Positions 1 through 7,481 of a stretch of 43,365 bases of DNA are shown here, piece by piece (position 1 is the stretch's first letter; every line of letters begins with the position of its first letter). Under the pieces are notes generated by a model, which was not told the origin of the DNA, searched no databases, and worked only from the letters and a program-made list of their open reading frames with translations. Made by a program: the position numbers and the translations under genes. The stretch lies in IMG/VR virus record IMGVR_UViG_3300016464_000180, positions 1 through 43,365 of that record. One strand, given 5' to 3'. This DNA comes from a virus (Duplodnaviria > Caudoviricetes).

Positions 1-398
1 CCTATGGCGCGCCGCATCGCCGGGCCTACTGTCCGCGCCCCGTGCCCCTACTACGCGCGCCCTCCGCCGTCGCCCCCCGCGACGGGGACGCGAGCGCGCC
101 CCGAGCTAGCGTAGGCGCGCGCGCCCCGCCCATCCGCCCCGGCCCCCGATCCGCGCAAGCTTGCGCGCCGCCGTATGCGGTGGCCCGCAACCGATCCGCC
201 CGCGCCGTAGCCGCCCCTAGGGCACCATCGCCTCGCCCACCGCCAAGGCGGACCGCGACATCAGCGCGCACTGAGAGACACGGGAGTTTTGGCCGCTGAA
301 ATAGGGAAACAGTTTCTATCTCAGCAGACTCAATCTGATTTCAGAAACCTGAGCTTAGTTTCCAAACCCGTCTAATATCAGAAAACAGACGGCTCCTA

Positions 399-800
399 TT
401 AGACTGCGCCTTTGATGCGCTCCCAAACAATCGCTTGGCGACCGTAGCGCGTGCGCTTCCGTTCTCCGCTGTCGCGGACAAGTCCTAGCGTCACAAGCTC
501 ACTGCGCCTAGCGCGCAGGCCCGATGGCGATTGCCCAGGAAACATGTGCTGGTTTTGCGACCGAGCCAGCGCATACCAATCCGCGATCTGCTCTTCCGTG
601 CCGCGTCCGTAGTTGCTCAGGACACGCAGCACCGCTTCCCGCTTGGCAGTCAGGGCCTCAAGCGAACGAGCAGCTTCATGGCTAGTCTCAGGATGCTTGC
701 GCCGCGTGTGAACACGCATCAGCGCGTTGGCCATCTCCTGAATTTCGTGAGGATGAGCTTGGCCAGAGTTTGCGATTTCCAGCAGTCGTGCGGGTTGCAT
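399..800 (-). CDS. Putative winged-helix DNA-binding protein
   Basis: Start probably the ATG at 800 (MQPARLL), just after the upstream stop. Contains 'TRRKHPETSHEAA...SPSGLRARRSELVTLGLVRDSGERKRT..GRQAIVW', a common phage wHTH pattern. Confidence 0.6.
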   Translation of the reverse strand: MQPARLLEIANSGQAHPHEIQEMANALMRVHTRRKHPETSHEAARSLEALTAKREAVLRVLSNYGRGTEEQIADWYALARSQNQHMFPGQSPSGLRARRSELVTLGLVRDSGERKRTRYGRQAIVWERIKGAV

Positions 801-801
801 G

Positions 802-954
802 TCAGTCCTTGTCTTTCTTCTTCTTGCGCGCACGCTTGTCAGCCTCGACAAACTCATGCGCAACCGACAACGGGATCTTCTTTTTCTTCCTGATTTCAGG
901 ATTGTGCAGAACAGCCTGCATCAAACGACGTTGGCTTTCAGATTTGCTTGGCAT
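802..954 (-). CDS. Small basic phage protein (50 aa, not in ORF track)
   Basis: Manual translation MPSKSESQRRLMQAVLHNPEIRKKKKIPLSVAHEFVEADKRARKKKKDKD*. It resembles a recurrent 'MPSKS..Q.RLM.AV.HNP..IP.SV..EF..AD' phage family and abuts the next gene. Confidence 0.65.
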   Translation of the reverse strand: MPSKSESQRRLMQAVLHNPEIRKKKKIPLSVAHEFVEADKRARKKKKDKD

Positions 955-956
955 CG

Positions 957-1440
957 AAAAAAAACCAGTGGGTAAGCGAGGTGGTTAGGGAAGAAGGAGA
1001 GCTTAGCTTTTACGCGGTGTCCGCAACCACTGGCGAGTGTAAAACAACCTGGGGGTCCGCCAACACCTGCGGGGTTGATCCATTCCTTTCGGTCAGGTCC
1101 GCATTTGTTACCGCCCAGGCCCCGAGAACATCTCGGGGAATGCGATTAAATTCCCGTAGAAGCAGTGATTCATGCGGCGCAATCGAACACCGTGCCTGGG
1201 ATCTCCCCAGGCAACACTCTGCTCCTACGGGCGGGAGGGGCTAGCGGTCCGCTTGATTTGCTACTTACGCAGCAAACCCCCTCAACCGCTAGCTGGTCTA
1301 ATTCTTAAAGAACTGCTGGGGTTGCCCCCAAACTCAGTAAAAAGTTTGGCCCCAGCCCCAGGGAAAACCTGGGATGGAATCTGGAGCCTAACCGTCTCGG
1401 TCAAGCCGATTAGGCCCCAGCCCCAGAACCATTCTGGGAA
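957..1440 (-). ncRNA. Candidate large structured non-coding RNA
   Basis: Dense stems: 1381-1394/1407-1420, 1153-1165/1219-1231, 1240-1248/1285-1293, 1257-1276, 1120-1138, 1193-1213, 965-971/1027-1033. Mismatches read as G-U only on the minus strand. GNRA loops are present, it ends in U8, and there is no credible ORF. Confidence 0.7.
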
Positions 1441-2213
1441 GATCCTTGGCGACGATGCGAGGCCCAGTCAAACGTGATGACTCGACCTCCATCCTCTCGT
1501 ATTCTGTCAACAACGCGCTCGCCTAGGTAACCTTGGACCTCTTGTTGGTTCAGGTTGCTCAGGATCACGCTTGGTCTGCGGTTCTCATAACGCGCGTTCA
1601 GCACCTCAAACAAGAGGTTTTTCTCAAAATCGCTGCCGAACTGCACACCAATTTCGTCCAGGATCAGGAAGTCTACCTCGGTCATCGAGCGCAACGCATC
1701 GCTTTCGCGTTCTTTCGACTCGCGGTGCCAAGTATCCTTGATCCTGCGCACAGCCCTCTGAACGGTAGCGTAGCGCACCGTGCGACCTTCGCGCATGATG
1801 TGCAGCGCGATGCCCACGGCTAGGTGGGTCTTACCCGTCCCAGGCTTCCCCACGAACACGCAGCTAGTGCCCTTGGCCAACGCACGCGCAAAGTTCTGCG
1901 CGTAGTCTGTCGCGAACGCTAGCGCGCGCTCCTGGCCTAGGCTCTGGCAAACGTAAGTCTCTAGCGTCCGATCCTGAAACCTCAGAGGGATGCCAAAGTC
2001 CTCTAGCTTTGCGTTCCATCGGGCCGCTTCCTCGGATGCCTTTAAAGCCGTCTCCCTGGCTTCCTGTTGCGCGATCTCATCCTGGCTGCATGTAGGGCAG
2101 CCAGTCCAGCGATCGTTCAACAGCGGGCTTGCTAGGTATGCTCCGTGAGTTTCGCACTGCACCTGCCTGGGAGGCTGATGCAGCCGACTAAACGGATTCG
2201 TCCGTGGATTCAT
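1410..2213 (-). CDS. dnaC: DnaC/IstB-like AAA+ helicase loader
   Basis: Walker A GKPGTGKT, Walker B LILDEIG, 'NARYENRRPSVILSNL', 'GERVVDRI', and an N-terminal C..HG..CP.C motif. Confidence 0.92.
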   Translation of the reverse strand: MNPRTNPFSRLHQPPRQVQCETHGAYLASPLLNDRWTGCPTCSQDEIAQQEARETALKASEEAARWNAKLEDFGIPLRFQDRTLETYVCQSLGQERALAFATDYAQNFARALAKGTSCVFVGKPGTGKTHLAVGIALHIMREGRTVRYATVQRAVRRIKDTWHRESKERESDALRSMTEVDFLILDEIGVQFGSDFEKNLLFEVLNARYENRRPSVILSNLNQQEVQGYLGERVVDRIREDGGRVITFDWASHRRQGSSQNGSGAGA

Positions 2214-2958
2214 CGTTGCACCCGCAAGGTTGGCTGATGGTGTCCGTGAACAAGCTACGCTGCGCAGCTTCCTGCTTCAGAAAACTAGCCCAGGACCAGT
2301 TGCGCCCCAGGCCCTTGACCGTGTGCGTGTCCGCGTTCGCCTCAAGGGCCAGCGCGCGTTCCAGCAACTCGGGATGTTCCTGCTGCATCTGAAGAATCTC
2401 ACGCTTGCGCATGGCTGGGCAGAAAAAGCAGGAGGACTTACGCGGAACGGTAAACCCGTGATCCTGAATGATCTTGACGCAAGCGTCACGATCCATTCCC
2501 CACTCCACCAACGGGTAGCGGTAGCGGTATTCTCGGTCCTCGGTCAGCACCGCGCGATGCGACTCGCCCGCGTCGATGCCAATGCACTTCTCGATGCGCT
2601 CGCCAGCCTCCCAGATAGCCTTCGCATCCTCGCGGGTGCGCATGTAGCGATCCATTGGCTGCCTCTTCCACTTGACGCTACAGCCCTTGAACCCGTAGGC
2701 AAGGCTAGGAAGCTCCTTGCGCTTCAGGCAGTTGTCCTCCAGGGAATCGCCCTGCCCACGGTTCGCATTCGTCGTGATGACGAACTCGATCCCACGGGCC
2801 TTGCACCAGTCCTGGATCTCGCGGACATGCTGGTAGGTTTCAGGGAACTCGCCACCAGTGTCCGAGAACAGAATCAGATCAGGAGCCTGTCCACGCTGCA
2901 CCAGTCCCAGGAGCAGCGCGGTGCTGTTGACCCCTCCGCCGAAGCTCAGCACCCTCAC
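2188..2958 (-). CDS. PAPS reductase-family (PP-loop, Cys-rich) protein
   Basis: GTG start at 2958 overlaps the upstream stop (GTGA). Motifs SFGGGVNST, DTGGEFPETY, CSVKWK, GIDAGE, YPL, KSSCFFCP and a C-terminal CGC. Confidence 0.85.
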   Translation of the reverse strand: MRVLSFGGGVNSTALLLGLVQRGQAPDLILFSDTGGEFPETYQHVREIQDWCKARGIEFVITTNANRGQGDSLEDNCLKRKELPSLAYGFKGCSVKWKRQPMDRYMRTREDAKAIWEAGERIEKCIGIDAGESHRAVLTEDREYRYRYPLVEWGMDRDACVKIIQDHGFTVPRKSSCFFCPAMRKREILQMQQEHPELLERALALEANADTHTVKGLGRNWSWASFLKQEAAQRSLFTDTISQPCGCNDESTDESV

Positions 2959-3671
2959 AGGTCGAAGCTCCCATCCGCGTTCTGCTTCCCAAGCCCTGCG
3001 GTGTAGTCCACCGCATCGAATCCGGGCTTCTTGGCTACCCAGTCTGCCTTGAAGCCCTGCCAACCGCGCGTTGCGCATTCCGTGAGTGCTTGTTCCATGG
3101 TCCAGTTCGCCTTCTTAGCCTCGGATCTGATCCCGTCAAGCACTAACTCAGAAACAGGCGCACGCTTGGCCCGACGCAACGCCAGCCACGCCTCCCATGT
3201 GCGCTCCGTGACATCCTCGGGCCTAGTAGTAGCTATACTAGAGCTACTAGTAGTACTCTTCCTCTTCCTAGATCCTATGATCCTAGATCCTAGATCAGGC
3301 TGGAGGACTACAGGAGGACTCTGGAGTTCTCCGGAGTTCTCCGGAGGACTCGGGAGCTTGCTCGGGCTGGAATGGCTAATCTTCTGGTGCTTCAGCCACT
3401 TACAGATCTCCAGGTAGGTAGTGCCTTCGTGGACGTAGCGCACAACCATGCGCTCGCGCTCCAACTCGGCCATCCAACCCTCGATCAGTTCTCCAGCATC
3501 GTCATCAAACGGGTAAAGAAGGCTCCGGAGGACTCTGGAGGACGCGCGAGTTCTCCCGAAATCGTCTACGAGCGTAAACAACTGTAGGAAAAGCAGGCGA
3601 GCTTCCCGAGAGACTCGCCCAACGCTCTCGCTCTGGGGAAACTCAGGCTTGATGCTGCGAATCCTACCCAC
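2955..3671 (-). CDS. Phage replication initiator (lambda O-like role)
   Basis: 'MGRIRSIKPEF...DDFGR...WLKHQKI' N-terminus and 'W..LRRAKRAP...RGWQGFKADW' C-terminus. Lies upstream of dnaC and contains an internal repeat region. Confidence 0.85.
   Translation of the reverse strand: MGRIRSIKPEFPQSESVGRVSREARLLFLQLFTLVDDFGRTRASSRVLRSLLYPFDDDAGELIEGWMAELERERMVVRYVHEGTTYLEICKWLKHQKISHSSPSKLPSPPENSGELQSPPVVLQPDLGSRIIGSRKRKSTTSSSSIATTRPEDVTERTWEAWLALRRAKRAPVSELVLDGIRSEAKKANWTMEQALTECATRGWQGFKADWVAKKPGFDAVDYTAGLGKQNADGSFDL
3222..3356. repeat. Putative replication origin (iteron-like repeats) inside the initiator gene
   Basis: GGAG-starting ~10-bp units at 3302, 3313, 3323, 3333, 3343 and 3353; GATCCTA repeats giving 4 GATC in 3271-3296; a CTAGTAG-rich tract at 3223-3256. 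Confidence 0.7.
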
Positions 3672-3861
3672 GGCGAGCCTCCTGCATCAGCGCGCGGATC
3701 GCCACACGCCGTTGCCGCTCACGGGTCATCGAACAGGCCACGCAGCCACCGTTCGTGACGTAGCGTTCCGTCAGACCGCATCGACGGCACGCAGAACCTA
3801 GATACCTCTTCCGCCCAGCTTCAGCCGCAACTTGGCGAAGCTCCTGCTTTGGTGTGTCCAT
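3664..3861 (-). CDS. Small Cys4 (zinc-finger-like) protein
   Basis: RKRYLGSACRRCGLTERYVTNGGCVAC; first gene after the promoter at 3868-3896. Confidence 0.7.
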   Translation of the reverse strand: MDTPKQELRQVAAEAGRKRYLGSACRRCGLTERYVTNGGCVACSMTRERQRRVAIRALMQEARRG

Positions 3862-3867
3862 GCTTCT

Positions 3868-3896
3868 AAACTAAACCAACACACCCGATACTGCAA
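3868..3896 (-). promoter_or_regulatory. Sigma70-like promoter, leaderless
   Basis: TTGCAG-17 nt-TAGTTT, then 6 nt to the ATG at 3861; no Shine-Dalgarno. Confidence 0.6.
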
Positions 3897-3898
3897 GC

Positions 3899-3945
3899 AG
3901 AAAACGAAACTGCCCCGATGCGGTAGCTAGTCGCATCGGGGCAGT
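3899..3945 (-). terminator. Intrinsic terminator
   Basis: Perfect 14-bp stem 3909-3922/3932-3945 followed on the minus strand by TTCGTTTTCT. Confidence 0.8.
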
Positions 3946-3960
3946 CGCGTGGCCCTGGCC

Positions 3961-4209
3961 TCAGAAGGGAGTGTCGTTGCTCGGCGCGGTGCCCCTCTCG
4001 CGCGGCTCAAACATCGAGATCAGGACGCTTTCTGTAGACTTGCCGTCCTGAACTCCAGCAGGGTTGAACCACTTCGCCAGCATGAGGAACATGCCACCGT
4101 CATCGTTCTGCATGGCGGCCCCGACGTTCTGATAGCGGTTTTTCGTGGTGCCATCTTTCGTCTGGTATTGGCCAATCTTGACTGCGAGATCGTAAATCTT
4201 ACGCGCCAC
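3961..4209 (-). CDS. Small SSB-like protein
   Basis: Beta-rich 82-aa protein ('YQTKDGTTKNRYQNVG') with an SSB-type tail ending in DTPF. Confidence 0.55.
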   Translation of the reverse strand: MARKIYDLAVKIGQYQTKDGTTKNRYQNVGAAMQNDDGGMFLMLAKWFNPAGVQDGKSTESVLISMFEPRERGTAPSNDTPF

Positions 4210-4471
4210 TGTTTTCTCCGTGTTGTTGGGAAGGCTCGATCATAACCGGTGCTTCGCGCATCGCACGACCTTTTTCTTCCTTCTTGCGCAGACGCAGCAG
4301 CTTGATGCTCTTGATCTGGCAAGCTCGGCAGTTTCCAGTGCTGACGTAACGCTCCAAAGCACCGCACTTTTTGCACGGCTTGCCAAGGTAGAACTGGCGA
4401 CCGTCACGCGCCGCGATGAAGCGTGGCGTAAGGGCAGAATCGGTAAGACGCGGCGGCAACTTATCGTCCAT
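4199..4471 (-). CDS. Small Cys4 protein, paralog of 3664-3861
   Basis: Start ATG at 4471; RQFYLGKPCKKCGALERYVSTGNCRAC. Confidence 0.65.
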   Translation of the reverse strand: MDDKLPPRLTDSALTPRFIAARDGRQFYLGKPCKKCGALERYVSTGNCRACQIKSIKLLRLRKKEEKGRAMREAPVMIEPSQQHGENSGA

Positions 4472-4688
4472 ACTTGCGCTCCCAGGGCATCCTAGTCTCA
4501 TCCTGGATTCGATCCGCCAGCGTGCCCAACGCACGGATCTCCTCCATCTTCTCCTGAAATGGAGAAAGGATTTTAGGCCTGCGCGCCTTCGCGCACGGCT
4601 CGCAACGCTCGCTGCTCCGGTAGGCTGGCGCGAGCCAACGGACCCCGCAGTCTGGGCAGCAGTATTCTCTCTTACGTCTAGGTGCCAT
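4461..4688 (-). CDS. Zinc-ribbon hypothetical protein
   Basis: CPDCG...RCEPC; overlaps neighbouring genes in operon fashion. Confidence 0.6.
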   Translation of the reverse strand: MAPRRKREYCCPDCGVRWLAPAYRSSERCEPCAKARRPKILSPFQEKMEEIRALGTLADRIQDETRMPWERKYGR

Positions 4689-5040
4689 CTCTCTCGATCT
4701 CCACTTGAACTACGTTCTTCGTCTCATCGGCTACGCGAATCACCAACGTGGCGAACCGCTTATCGTTGATCCGCAAGCTGTCGCACATCCCATCCAGGCC
4801 CGACTTCATCCTCGCCAGTAGGTTGTCGCGGTCGTAGCTGCGGCGCGTGGGGCGGTAGAAGATCAGGGACAGACACAGCGGCCCGTCCGGTATCTGGCAG
4901 TCCCAAGCTCCGCGCTGCTTCTCCGTTTCCATCTGGCATGTCGCACGGTAGCGCGCCTTGTGTTTAGCTAGCGCGGCCCAGTGCAACCGCGTATTCGGGT
5001 TGAGCGTGCTAGGTGGCCAAGGTAGGAAAATGCGGATCAC
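4678..5040 (-). CDS. rusA: RusA-like Holliday junction resolvase
   Basis: GTG start at 5040; LPWPPS.LNPN...RRSYDRDNLLARMKSGLDG...INDKRF. Confidence 0.85.
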   Translation of the reverse strand: MIRIFLPWPPSTLNPNTRLHWAALAKHKARYRATCQMETEKQRGAWDCQIPDGPLCLSLIFYRPTRRSYDRDNLLARMKSGLDGMCDSLRINDKRFATLVIRVADETKNVVQVEIERDGT

Positions 5041-5046
5041 AGGTGC

Positions 5047-5075
5047 ATCATAACGTCGCAACGTTATGGTTTCAA
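5047..5075 (-). promoter_or_regulatory. Leftward sigma70 promoter with overlapping palindromic operator
   Basis: TTGAAA-17-TATGAT, then 6 nt to GTG. Inverted repeat CATAACGT-cgca-ACGTTATG at 5049-5068. Confidence 0.75.
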
Positions 5076-5114
5076 TGGAGTTGCGAGGCACAAAAAGTTT
5101 TAGTTCGCTACCGC

Positions 5115-5142
5115 TTGAAACGCTGCGCGACGGAGTTAAAAT
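5115..5142 (+). promoter_or_regulatory. Rightward sigma70 promoter, leaderless
   Basis: TTGAAA-16-TAAAAT, then 7 nt to the ATG at 5150. Confidence 0.7.
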
Positions 5143-5149
5143 CCCCGGC

Positions 5150-5392
5150 ATGATCGACGTTGCTATTCATGGAATCACTTCCCTCAAGATGGACACAATT
5201 CACCATTTGAGTGAATCCAAGTCCTACGCCCGCACCATGTGGATCGAAGGCGTGGACTTGAACGGGAACCGCGTTAGGGCGCGCATCCCGATGTTTGGGA
5301 AAACCCGGGAGGCCCTGGAACTGGATCAGGAGCGCGCGCTCCTCAGCCAGCGTCTCGATGAAATCATCACCTGCGTGAAGGAGATCGACTGA
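5150..5392 (+). CDS. Hypothetical protein
   Basis: First gene after the promoter; TGATG coupling to the next gene. Confidence 0.65.
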   Translation: MIDVAIHGITSLKMDTIHHLSESKSYARTMWIEGVDLNGNRVRARIPMFGKTREALELDQERALLSQRLDEIITCVKEID

Positions 5393-5658
5393 TGAAAGCC
5401 TACCTTGACGAGTTCCTGAAGCTGCGCAGCAGCCTCAACAACCTGCTTCATGAGATGTCTGCGGACGAATTCGTCCACCCCGAAGCCATGAAACAGTTTG
5501 ATCGCTACGGCATCGCGGGTCTGAACGCGCTGCAAGACGCGGCAACCCTGTGCTGGTGCATTGGGACTGGTCTGCCTACGCATCAGCATTTGATGCGCGG
5601 CGGGTTGGAGATCGAGCCGCAGAACTACCAACCAAACTACAAGGTTATCCAATTTTGA
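5392..5658 (+). CDS. Hypothetical protein
   Basis: AAGGAG Shine-Dalgarno; translationally coupled on both sides. Confidence 0.7.
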   Translation: MKAYLDEFLKLRSSLNNLLHEMSADEFVHPEAMKQFDRYGIAGLNALQDAATLCWCIGTGLPTHQHLMRGGLEIEPQNYQPNYKVIQF

Positions 5659-6470
5659 GTTTCCGCCCAGCATCCGTAACGTCCGAAGGTGGTCACTGGT
5701 ATGACCGCAGCGGCGTGCAGGTATCTACCGTCATCGGTAGCAAGGGCCAGCAGGTTAAGCCGGACCTCCGCCACGCGCGGAAGTTCGGCTTTGCCCCTGG
5801 TGTCACGACGATTCTGAAGGCTGCGCACAAGGAAAGCCTTGTCCAGTATCGGGAACGTCAAGTCTTGCTTGCGTCTCTGACACTGCCGCAGATCGCGGGA
5901 GAAGGCCAGGACGAGTGGATCAAGCGCATCATGGTCGATGCCAAGACGCACGCGATTGAAGCTGCCGAACGTGGCAGCGAGATCCATGCGCAGATCGAGA
6001 GCGAGCTTAAGACAGAAAGCAGCACGAACCCTTGGGTGCTAGCTGTGCGCAATGCGCTGTCACCGCTTGGCGTAAGCCTGGGAGCTTGGCGTTGCGAGAT
6101 GCCATGCGTCAGCAACTACGGCTATGGCACCAAGAGCGACCTTAGCTGCGATGCTACTGAGGTTGACATGGGCAGCGGCAATGTGCGCAGGCTCCAGGTT
6201 GTCCTGGACTTCAAGACCAAGGACGGAGACTTGTCCGATGTCGCGCTCTACCCTGAGCATCACCAGCAGCTTGCCGCAACGGCACAGGCCCTGGGTCTTC
6301 CTAACGCCCAGTGTGGCATCGTGTTCGTCAGCCGCACCGAGCCTACGGCTTGTCTGCTGATGGCTGATGATGAAGACATCCAGCATGGCTGGCAAGTCTT
6401 CAAGGCTCTCCTGAACTACTGGCAAACCGTGAACAAGTATCGCCCGGAATGGGCTACCAACATCTACTGA
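5655..6470 (+). CDS. PD-(D/E)XK exonuclease (recombination)
   Basis: TTG start overlapping the upstream TGA. Motifs HWYD, GVTTIL, AAERGSEIH, E..C, YGTKSDL, LDFKTK, QLAA. Adjacent to ERF. Confidence 0.85.
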   Translation: MSFRPASVTSEGGHWYDRSGVQVSTVIGSKGQQVKPDLRHARKFGFAPGVTTILKAAHKESLVQYRERQVLLASLTLPQIAGEGQDEWIKRIMVDAKTHAIEAAERGSEIHAQIESELKTESSTNPWVLAVRNALSPLGVSLGAWRCEMPCVSNYGYGTKSDLSCDATEVDMGSGNVRRLQVVLDFKTKDGDLSDVALYPEHHQQLAATAQALGLPNAQCGIVFVSRTEPTACLLMADDEDIQHGWQVFKALLNYWQTVNKYRPEWATNIY

Positions 6471-7066
6471 TGAAGAACCTACTCAAGAGTCTCTTGGCTG
6501 CTCAGGCTGAGATCACCAACCCCGTTAGGAACGCGAGCAACCCGCACTTCCGCAACCGATACGCGGACCTGTCCAGCGTCCTGGAGTCTGTCCAGGAACC
6601 GCTGAACAAGCAGGGCCTAGTGCTGACGCAGACGCTGCGCCAAGAGCCTACTGGCGTGGCTCTGGTCACGACGCTGTGGCACGCTGAGTCTGGCGAGAGC
6701 ATGGAAAGCTGCATCGCGCTCAACCCAGCGAAGACCGATCCGCAGGGTTACGCGGCAGCTTGCACCTACTACCGTCGTCTCAGCATCAAGGCGATGTGCG
6801 GTCTTGCTGAAGTGGACGATGATGGCAACGAAGCCAGCCAGCCGCAGCAGCAACGCAAGGCACCGTCTGCCGCAGCGCAAAAGGTGGTGCAGAAGCTGGG
6901 CGGAGAAGTGATCGACGGGCCTACGCTCGTTGGGCTGATCCGCGAAGCCAAGGATCTTGCTGCGCTGAACGCGCTGGCAGCTAAGGCGAAGGGCTTGCCG
7001 GAAGCTGAGAAAGCGGAAGCGCGCGAAGCCTATGCGGTTCGCCTTGCCACGCTTGAGGGCAAGTGA
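6470..7066 (+). CDS. erf: ERF-family single-strand annealing protein
   Basis: NPHFRNRYADL, TTLWHAESGE, DPQGYAAACTYYRR, DDDGN. Confidence 0.93.
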   Translation: MKNLLKSLLAAQAEITNPVRNASNPHFRNRYADLSSVLESVQEPLNKQGLVLTQTLRQEPTGVALVTTLWHAESGESMESCIALNPAKTDPQGYAAACTYYRRLSIKAMCGLAEVDDDGNEASQPQQQRKAPSAAAQKVVQKLGGEVIDGPTLVGLIREAKDLAALNALAAKAKGLPEAEKAEAREAYAVRLATLEGK

Positions 7067-7269
7067 TGGATGATCTTCTGACAACCGCAGAAGTGGCCAA
7101 GATGCTCAAGGTGCATCAGGTCACTCTGCGCAAGTGGCGTAGCGCGGAGGATGGTCCGCGCTACTTCCTGCTGGGCGACGGGCCTTGCGCTCGTGTTCGG
7201 TATCGCAGGAAGGATGTCGAAGAATGGCTAGGATTTAGGATCGCAAGAGCGCAAGCGAGGGACGTATGA
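7063..7269 (+). CDS. Excisionase/AlpA-like HTH DNA-binding protein
   Basis: LLTTAEVAKMLKVHQVTLRKWR...GP.Y...VRYRRKDVEEWL. Confidence 0.85.
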   Translation: MMDDLLTTAEVAKMLKVHQVTLRKWRSAEDGPRYFLLGDGPCARVRYRRKDVEEWLGFRIARAQARDV

Positions 7270-7481
7270 AACCTACTTACGAAGAGCTTGAAGTAGACAT
7301 CGCATTCCTAAAAGTAGAGATTGCTCAGCTTAAGTATGCGTTGACCGGGCGAACCGTGTCGTGCGACTTCTGCAACCAAGCTGCGAGAGAGCGCGACGAG
7401 GCCCGTGCGATGATGGTGACGCTGTGCCACAAGGTGGCTGAGGCTGCTGCTAAAGAAAACGTACATGATGCCGCCAATTAA
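7266..7481 (+). CDS. Hypothetical protein
   Basis: ATGA overlap with the upstream gene; coiled-coil character; CxxC. Confidence 0.65.
   Translation: MKPTYEELEVDIAFLKVEIAQLKYALTGRTVSCDFCNQAARERDEARAMMVTLCHKVAEAAAKENVHDAAN

Noticed and set aside
1-300. Terminal repeats, and ORFs 26-271 / 42-299
   Set aside because: No match between the window ends; the ORFs are low-complexity GC artefacts; joining the ends gives only a 23-codon ORF.
957-1440. CRISPR array, tRNA or hammerhead ribozyme in the structured region
   Set aside because: Only two exact 14-bp repeats with no regular spacers; no cloverleaf with T-loop and CCA; no CUGANGA core.
948-1477. Plus-strand ORFs 948-1244 and 1172-1477
   Set aside because: Opposite to the operon direction, weak starts and no protein-like motifs; better explained by RNA structure.
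7063-7269. Excisionase as evidence of an integrating prophage
   Set aside because: No integrase, att site or flanking host genes are seen; this HTH family is often regulatory.
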